From NCBI GenBank assembly GCA_902782235.1, contig CACZML010000005.1, forward strand, positions 1,091-65,090: 64,000 nucleotides of DNA. The letters run 5' to 3'. The stretch comes from Oscillospiraceae bacterium. Lineage in GTDB: Bacteria > Bacillota > Clostridia > Saccharofermentanales > Saccharofermentanaceae. This document shows positions 57,907 to 64,000 of the stretch, one piece after another (position 1 is the stretch's first letter; each line of letters starts with the position of its first letter). The notes under the pieces were generated by a model. That model made no database searches. It had not been told where the DNA came from and was given only the letters and a program-made list of their open reading frames with translations. The position numbers and the translations under genes were made by a program.

Positions 57907-59148
57907 TTAAACGATATCCGGATAAACAGGATACTTATCAGTAAGAGCCTTGACTCTCTTGATAGATTCTTCCTTCTTATTATCGTAATCGAAGATGCAG
58001 TCAGCAATGATGTTTGCAACTTCAACGAAGTCCTCTTCCTTGAAGCCTCTTGCTGTAGCAGCAGGTGTACCAACACGTACGCCGGATGTGACTGTCGGCT
58101 TCTCGGGATCGAAAGGAATAGTATTCTTGTTTGCTGTGATATTTACATCATCAAGACGCTCCTGGAGCATAGCACCTGTAACGCCTGTGCCTCTCAAGTC
58201 GATGAGCATGAGGTGGTTGTCTGTACCGCCGGAAACGAGGTTAACGCCTCTTGCAAGGAGTGCTTCGCTCATAGCCTTTGCATTCTTAACGATCTGCTCT
58301 GCATAAGCTCTGAACTCAGGAGAGAGCGCTTCCTTGAAAGCAACAGCCTTAGCAGCGATGATGTGCATGAGGGGGCCGCCCTGCTGTCCGGGGAATACTG
58401 CGGAATTGATCTTCTTAGCATATTCCTCTTTGCACATGATGATACCGCCACGGGGTCCTCTCAATGTCTTGTGAGTTGTTGTTGTAACGAAATCAGCATA
58501 CGGAACCGGATTGGGGTGAAGTCCTGCAGCAACGAGTCCTGCAATGTGTGCCATATCTACGAAGAGATAAGCGCCGACTTCGTCAGCAATCTCTCTGAAC
58601 TTCTTGAAGTCAATGATTCTCGGATATGCGGATGCACCTGCTACGATAACCTTAGGCTTGCACTCGAGAGCCTTTGCTCTGATAGCATCATAGTCGAGCA
58701 TCTGTGTCTTCTCGTCTACCTGGTAGAACTCAGAATGATAAGTTCTGCCGGAAACGTTGATCTTCATACCATGTGTTAAGTGACCACCGTGTGAAAGGTC
58801 CAAGCCGAGGATAGTATCACCTGGTTCGAGGATAGCAAAGTAAACTGCTGTGTTAGCCTGCGCACCGGAGTGGGGCTGTACGTTAACGTGCTCTGCACCG
58901 AAAAGCTGCTTAGCTCTGTCGATAGCGAGCTGCTCAACGATGTCCACATACTCACATCCGCCGTAATAACGCTTTCCCGGGTAACCCTCTGCATACTTGT
59001 TTGTCAAAGGAGAACCTGCAGCTTCGAGTACTGCCTCAGAAACCATGTTCTCGGATGCGATAAGCTCGATCTTGTTTCTCTGACGTCCGATCTCCTGCAT
59101 TATTGCGGAATAGACTTCAGAATCCTCAGCCTTAATGTGGTCGTACAT
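57907..59148 (-). CDS. glyA: Serine hydroxymethyltransferase
   Basis: [42 protein letters not shown] and SGGTDNH. Confidence 0.98.
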   Translation of the reverse strand: MYDHIKAEDSEVYSAIMQEIGRQRNKIELIASENMVSEAVLEAAGSPLTNKYAEGYPGKRYYGGCEYVDIVEQLAIDRAKQLFGAEHVNVQPHSGAQANTAVYFAILEPGDTILGLDLSHGGHLTHGMKINVSGRTYHSEFYQVDEKTQMLDYDAIRAKALECKPKVIVAGASAYPRIIDFKKFREIADEVGAYLFVDMAHIAGLVAAGLHPNPVPYADFVTTTTHKTLRGPRGGIIMCKEEYAKKINSAVFPGQQGGPLMHIIAAKAVAFKEALSPEFRAYAEQIVKNAKAMSEALLARGVNLVSGGTDNHLMLIDLRGTGVTGAMLQERLDDVNITANKNTIPFDPEKPTVTSGVRVGTPAATARGFKEEDFVEVANIIADCIFDYDNKKEESIKRVKALTDKYPVYPDIV

Positions 59149-59241
59149 ATATAATAATCCTCCTGGATATTAATTCACGCGCTATATTTTATTATAAGGA
59201 CCCTGTTCAATCAAGCGGAAAATCGTTCAGGAAAAGTTGAT

Positions 59242-60270
59242 TTATATCTTATAAATCTCGTCAGCCGAAGGGGCCGGCATAGGCCTTACGACACCGTCAA
59301 GTCCAATGGTTTTAGCACCTTCGGACGCTTCTGTGAATTCTCCGATGACAGTTGCCCTGATTCCTGCGGCTTCTAAAGCGTTAATAACTTTGTCCGCTTC
59401 TCGGGATGCGATCATCAGAGCGCCTGACGAAATGAGCCTGAATGGATCAAGTTCCAATGCTTCACAAATAGCCTTTGAGCAGTCAGTAAAAGGAACAAGC
59501 CTCTGGTCGAGAGTTACTCCGACCTTGGAGAAGTCGGCCATTTCGAAGGCTGCCCCCTCTACACCGCCCTCAGTTACGTCATGCATGAGGTTTACGCAGG
59601 ATCTGGGGAATCCGTCTTCCCTGATCTCTCCTGTATCAGAAGCTAAAGGACCAACGACAGTGCCCTCTTTAACGACGGAAATGAGCTCGCTGTAAGTCTT
59701 TGCCTCTTCGATATATTCATCAGGGATCTTGCCTTTAAGCTTGTCACTGTGCTCGTTTGCCGCAATGAAGCTTCCTTCAATGGCAGCAGTCTTGGTGATA
59801 ATGAGCTTATCTCCGGGCATCGCATGACCCAAAGGCACGGGGCTGCCCTTTTCGACAACTCCGAAAGCTGTGGAGATTACAACGAATCTGTTTACACAGT
59901 CAGACACTTCCGTATGTCCGCCGACGATATCAACACCGAGCTTACCTGCTTCACGGCTGGCCTGGTCAACGATAGATACGATCTCGTCCTCAGTGGCCGA
60001 GGGCGGAGCGATAATGACTATGAGAATGCCCGTAGGCTGGACGCCGCAGGCCGCAATATCGTTACAGGAAACATGAATGGCAAGCGTTCCTGACTCGCTT
60101 CCGCCCGCTGTTATAGGGTCTGAGGAAGTAACGAGAAGATTCTCGCCGGTCTTAAGCCATGCACAGTCAGCACCGATTCCTGCGCCGGAAACGGTCTTGC
60201 TGGACAGCTTAGGCAGTCTTGAAAGCACAAGAGACTCAAGCTGCTCGTCTGTAAGCTTTCCGATCCTCAA
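59242..60270 (-). CDS. AIR synthase-related (PurM/HypE/ThiL-like) protein
   Basis: GIGADCA, SSDPIT, SCNDIAA, GGHTEV, MHDVTEGG and ISSG. TTG start. Confidence 0.85.
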   Translation of the reverse strand: MRIGKLTDEQLESLVLSRLPKLSSKTVSGAGIGADCAWLKTGENLLVTSSDPITAGGSESGTLAIHVSCNDIAACGVQPTGILIVIIAPPSATEDEIVSIVDQASREAGKLGVDIVGGHTEVSDCVNRFVVISTAFGVVEKGSPVPLGHAMPGDKLIITKTAAIEGSFIAANEHSDKLKGKIPDEYIEEAKTYSELISVVKEGTVVGPLASDTGEIREDGFPRSCVNLMHDVTEGGVEGAAFEMADFSKVGVTLDQRLVPFTDCSKAICEALELDPFRLISSGALMIASREADKVINALEAAGIRATVIGEFTEASEGAKTIGLDGVVRPMPAPSADEIYKI

Positions 60271-60290
60271 TTCTTCCTCCCGCTCCCTTA

Positions 60291-61496
60291 TCAGTCAAAA
60301 GGGTTGATAACAATATCTTCTGTACCTGCCACACCTGCTTCAACAAGTGATTCGATATCAAGGTCTTTCTCAGCCTCGATTATATCCTCAGGATGCGGGT
60401 GTGTCTTGGGGTGTTTTGCTACAAATACCGTGCAGCAGTCCTCATAAGGAAGGATAGATGTCTCAAACGCTCCGATATCTCTGGAAATATCGCATGTTGC
60501 CTGTTTATCAAGACCGATAAGAGGTCTTAAGATCGGCATCTTAACCACTTCATTCGTAGCTGCGATAGCTTCCATGGTCTGGGAAGCAACCTGACCTAAG
60601 CTCTCGCCCGTGATGAGGCACTTGCAGTCGTTCTTAAGCGCAAGGCGCTCTGCGATCTGGAGCATTACACGGCGCATGGTTACTGTAAGCATGTCCTGAG
60701 GGGAATGCTTGTAAAGATCGAGCTGGATCTGTGTGAAGTTAACGATATGAAGTGTCATGCGGCCGGAATAGCCGGAAACGATCTTTGCAAGGTCAATTAC
60801 CTTCTGCTTTGCAAGGTCGCTCGTATAAGGATACGAATGGAAATATACAGCATCAAGCGGCATACCGCGTGAAGCCATCATGAAGCCTGCAACAGGGCTG
60901 TCGATACCGCCTGACAAAAGGAGCATGCCCTTTGCACAGGATCCTACCGGAAGACCTCTGTGAGCCATCATCTTGCCTGAATAGATATAGTTTGATTCAC
61001 GGATCTCGACATTCAGGATGAAGTCAGGATTCTTGACCTTAACGGTTAGGTTCGGGAACTTCTGGAGGATCTGATATCCCAATTCCTCACAGATCTCGGG
61101 AGAAGTCATGGGGAAAGTCTTGTTGCCTCTCTTGCTCTCAACCTTAAATGTCTTATAGTCAGGGTTATTCTCAAGGAGCTCCTCTACGCAGATAAAGGCA
61201 TTTTCCTTTACAGATTCAAAGTCACCTTCGAACTTTCTTGCAAGGCTTACTGAAACGATACCGAAGACCTGGCATACGGCCTTCATGATATCCTGGGCAG
61301 CAGCCATGCTCTGGAAGTTCGGATTGTCCTCTTCCTTTGGTTCGATCCAGATCCTGCTCTGGCTCTGATAGATCTTCAGATCACCGAATTTCTTAAGCCT
61401 GTACTTAAGATTGCACTTGAGCTGTATCTCAAAAGAGCCTCTGTTAAGCCCTTTAAGGGTTATCTCACCCATTCTCGCCAAAAGGACATTTGCCAT
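60291..61496 (-). CDS. thiI: tRNA 4-thiouridine(8) synthase (THUMP + PP-loop, no rhodanese domain)
   Basis: GEITLKG.NR, LLSGGIDSPVA, TGESLGQVASQT and DCC. Confidence 0.95.
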   Translation of the reverse strand: MANVLLARMGEITLKGLNRGSFEIQLKCNLKYRLKKFGDLKIYQSQSRIWIEPKEEDNPNFQSMAAAQDIMKAVCQVFGIVSVSLARKFEGDFESVKENAFICVEELLENNPDYKTFKVESKRGNKTFPMTSPEICEELGYQILQKFPNLTVKVKNPDFILNVEIRESNYIYSGKMMAHRGLPVGSCAKGMLLLSGGIDSPVAGFMMASRGMPLDAVYFHSYPYTSDLAKQKVIDLAKIVSGYSGRMTLHIVNFTQIQLDLYKHSPQDMLTVTMRRVMLQIAERLALKNDCKCLITGESLGQVASQTMEAIAATNEVVKMPILRPLIGLDKQATCDISRDIGAFETSILPYEDCCTVFVAKHPKTHPHPEDIIEAEKDLDIESLVEAGVAGTEDIVINPFD

Positions 61497-61506
61497 ACCT
61501 ATCTCC

Positions 61507-62646
61507 TCACTTCACCAGAAATTGATCGTAGATCTGATCTACGCACTTAATGAACTCTTTTGCCTCATCCATCGTGTTATGTCTGGAGAAGCTTAATCTT
61601 ACAGCGTTTGCGGCAGTCTTTCTGTCCACGCCCATCTCAAGAAGGACATATGAGACCTTCTTCTGCTTGGCAGAACATGCAGATACCGTCGAAACATATA
61701 TATCGTAGATCTCAAGACAATGAAGCATCGTCTCGGATTCAAAGCCTTCGAATGAAACATTCAGCACAAAAGGAAGCGCATCATCAGGAGATAAGATCTT
61801 TGCTCCCCTGTCAGATAATTCCTTACGGAGATAAGCGTTGATCTCACTTATCTTCTCACGGGATTCATCGATACCTGTTGTAACTTCCTTCAAAGCAGCG
61901 AGGAAAGCGCCTGCAAGAACAGGACTCTGTGTGCCTGAACGCATTCCGTCCTGCTGGCCGCCGCCAACGATCAGAGGATCGATCCTGACGCCCTTCTTGA
62001 CATAAAGAACTCCGTTGCCCTTGATCGAATGGATCTTATGTCCGGAGAACGAACACATGTCAGCACCAAGCTTTGAGAGATCTATAGGCATCTTTCCCAG
62101 TGCCTGAACGCAGTCAAGATATATAGCAGTTGACGGAGATGCAGCCTTTATCGTTTTCGAGATGTTCTCGAAAGGGAGAACCGCGCCCGTCTCGTTGTTT
62201 ACCAGTGTAAAGCATGCGAGAGCAACGTCACCCTTTCCAAGTTCTTCTGCAAGGCTCTCAGAAGTGGGCTTGCCGTCCATTCCAACCTTAAGGTATCTGA
62301 TCTCATAGCCAAGTTTAGCCAAGTATTCAAGGCACTCCAACGTAGCCTTATGCTCAGTTCTTGTTGAGATAACTGCATTGCCTGCTCTCTTGTTGCGGCT
62401 CATATAGCCCTTGATAGCAGTATTTGCGCTCTCAGTTGCACAGGAGGTAAAGAATATCTCCTCAGGCCTGGCACCAAGGAGCGAAGCTGTCTCTTTTCTT
62501 ATGCCCTCGTATACTTCAATGGCCCTGTTTCCAAGCTTGTGAAGAGCACCGGGATTTGCAGATACTGCATCTTCGGTAAGCTCTTGTAACCTGGCTCTTA
62601 CAGAGTCTGATACAAAGGTTGTTGCACTGTTATCAAAATAGATCAT
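61507..62646 (-). CDS. Cysteine desulfurase (IscS/NifZ-like, ThiI-associated)
   Basis: IYFDNSATT, NNETG, DCVQ, SGHKIH and SAC (catalytic Cys). Confidence 0.9.
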   Translation of the reverse strand: MIYFDNSATTFVSDSVRARLQELTEDAVSANPGALHKLGNRAIEVYEGIRKETASLLGARPEEIFFTSCATESANTAIKGYMSRNKRAGNAVISTRTEHKATLECLEYLAKLGYEIRYLKVGMDGKPTSESLAEELGKGDVALACFTLVNNETGAVLPFENISKTIKAASPSTAIYLDCVQALGKMPIDLSKLGADMCSFSGHKIHSIKGNGVLYVKKGVRIDPLIVGGGQQDGMRSGTQSPVLAGAFLAALKEVTTGIDESREKISEINAYLRKELSDRGAKILSPDDALPFVLNVSFEGFESETMLHCLEIYDIYVSTVSACSAKQKKVSYVLLEMGVDRKTAANAVRLSFSRHNTMDEAKEFIKCVDQIYDQFLVK

Positions 62647-62756
62647 GATCCGCCTCGCATAAAATGACGTAAGTATTATATATTAGCGGGGCTTTTAAGC
62701 AACCTAAAAAGGAAGCAATGATAAATGATGTTACTTGGTCAGATTAGACAATGAGC

Positions 62757-63833
62757 TCACTTCATTGTAACGAGTTCATACTGTCGGGTGCCGATTCCGA
62801 TCTTCTCAGCGTGCTCTAATGTCTCTGCCCATGAAACATTCGGATTACTGTTGTGCCAATGATCTCCATGGTCATGGAAATGAGGATTTGCAAGATTATC
62901 ACCGAGCTGACTGTTTCTAATGGGTTCCGCCTTCGAGCAGAGATCAACGCATGCCTGGTCCAATGCAACAGGATCAAACGAAGCGAGCATTCCGATATCA
63001 GGAAGGATCGGAGCATCGTTCTCACCATGGCAGTCACAGTTAGGAGATACATCCGTAATAAGGCTGATATGGAAAGAAGGTCTTCCGCTGACAACAGCTG
63101 CCGTGTATTCAGCCATTCTGCAGCCTAAAAGCTGGGGAGCATCCCAGTTATCGTTTTCAATCGCATCAAAAGAACAGGCACCTATGCAGCGGCCGCAGCC
63201 TTTGCACTTATCAGGATCGATCCACGCCTTTCTGCAGCCACGGCACAGATCTTCGATAACATGCGGATGACCACTCTGATGCTGCTGCATCTTGCCGGCA
63301 CGGCTTCCACAGCCCATTCCGATATTCTTGATCGTTCCTCCGAAGCCGGCCTGTTCATGGCCTTTAAAGTGTGTAAGCGAGATAAAGATATCGGCATCCA
63401 TAATTGCCCTGCCGATATAAGCCTCCTTGCAGTATTCACCGTTGGGAACGGGCACAAGGATATCATCCGTTCCGCGAAGACCGTCACCAATGATTATCTG
63501 GCAGCCGGTCGTGACAGTATTAAAGCCGTTCATATTTGCACAGTCCATATGCTCAAGGGCGTGTTTTCTGCTTCCGGGATAAAGGGTGTTGCAGTCCGTA
63601 AGGAAAGGCATTCCGCCGTTCTCTTTGACAACATCAGCAACGGCCTTAGCATAATTAGGCCTTAAGTACGCAAGATTTCCGAGTTCGCCGAAGTGCATCT
63701 TGATGGCAACGAACTTGTTGTCAAAATCGATGGAACCGATGCCTGCAAGCCTTATGAGCTTTTGCAGTTTCTCGGTAAGCGGAATTCCCATCCTTGTCCT
63801 GAAATCCGTAAAATACACTTTAGATTTTTCCAT
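62757..63833 (-). CDS. DUF362 domain protein with 4Fe-4S ferredoxin insert (first Cys motif truncated)
   Basis: KMHFGE.GN, HFKGH..AGFGG.IKN.GMG, CRGC followed directly by CKGCGRCIGAC, and PNCDC. Confidence 0.88.
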   Translation of the reverse strand: MEKSKVYFTDFRTRMGIPLTEKLQKLIRLAGIGSIDFDNKFVAIKMHFGELGNLAYLRPNYAKAVADVVKENGGMPFLTDCNTLYPGSRKHALEHMDCANMNGFNTVTTGCQIIIGDGLRGTDDILVPVPNGEYCKEAYIGRAIMDADIFISLTHFKGHEQAGFGGTIKNIGMGCGSRAGKMQQHQSGHPHVIEDLCRGCRKAWIDPDKCKGCGRCIGACSFDAIENDNWDAPQLLGCRMAEYTAAVVSGRPSFHISLITDVSPNCDCHGENDAPILPDIGMLASFDPVALDQACVDLCSKAEPIRNSQLGDNLANPHFHDHGDHWHNSNPNVSWAETLEHAEKIGIGTRQYELVTMK

Positions 63834-64000
63834 ATGCGTTTACCCCGCCTTCTGTTATCATCATGTCTTATATTCTCAGTATGTCTCGAAAATGCCCCAA
63901 GATAGAGTCTTACCGGACCGGCATTTTAATCTCTTCCGAATGGAGCCGGCATATTTGCATTGAATGGTCTTGCACACCACATATCCGATCCGCCTTATTC

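Noticed and set aside
41224-62706. Shared AAAGCCCC in the promoter spacers of ileS (~41237-41244) and iscS (~62688-62695)
   Set aside because: Only two instances, inside spacers, with no dyad symmetry; insufficient support.
1-64000. CRISPR arrays, IS elements, riboswitches and rRNA
   Set aside because: No regularly spaced repeats, transposase ORFs, terminal inverted repeats or recognisable aptamer or rRNA signatures; intergenic gaps are short.
63834-64000. Possible 3' end of an upstream minus-strand gene or a leader for the DUF362 gene
   Set aside because: Short open frames with no recognisable motif; cannot be resolved at the window edge.

Overview
A 64-kb core-genome segment, almost all on the minus strand, from a Clostridia-like Firmicute. 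Gene order and protein style suggest a Saccharofermentans-like anaerobe (inference). It is dominated by housekeeping genes: malic enzyme (partial), glnA, aquaporin, purM, RNase P RNA, dnaG-trmK-nif3, dapA-dapB-yajC, the rpsB-tsf-pyrH-frr-uppS-cdsA-dxr-rseP-ispG-polC-priA superoperon, thyA/folA, two tRNA-Pro genes, ileS-scpA-scpB-cmk-ispH/rpsA, three related lipoproteins, a two-component system, valS, clpX, dtd, rarA, glyA, thiI and iscS. I saw no mobile element, prophage or CRISPR array. Four observations stand out. (1) A structurally intact tRNA-Pro with an AGG (A34) anticodon, very rare in bacteria, lies in tandem with a near-identical tRNA-Pro(CGG), and tsf uses CCT for all 7 prolines. (2) PolC has a DnaQ-like proofreading domain that lacks its catalytic residues and carries an acidic insertion, while the PHP metal ligands look complete. 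(3) dxr and a DUF362 ferredoxin each have a clean internal deletion, which may be real lesions or assembly artefacts. (4) sigA is missing from the dnaG-trmK junction.
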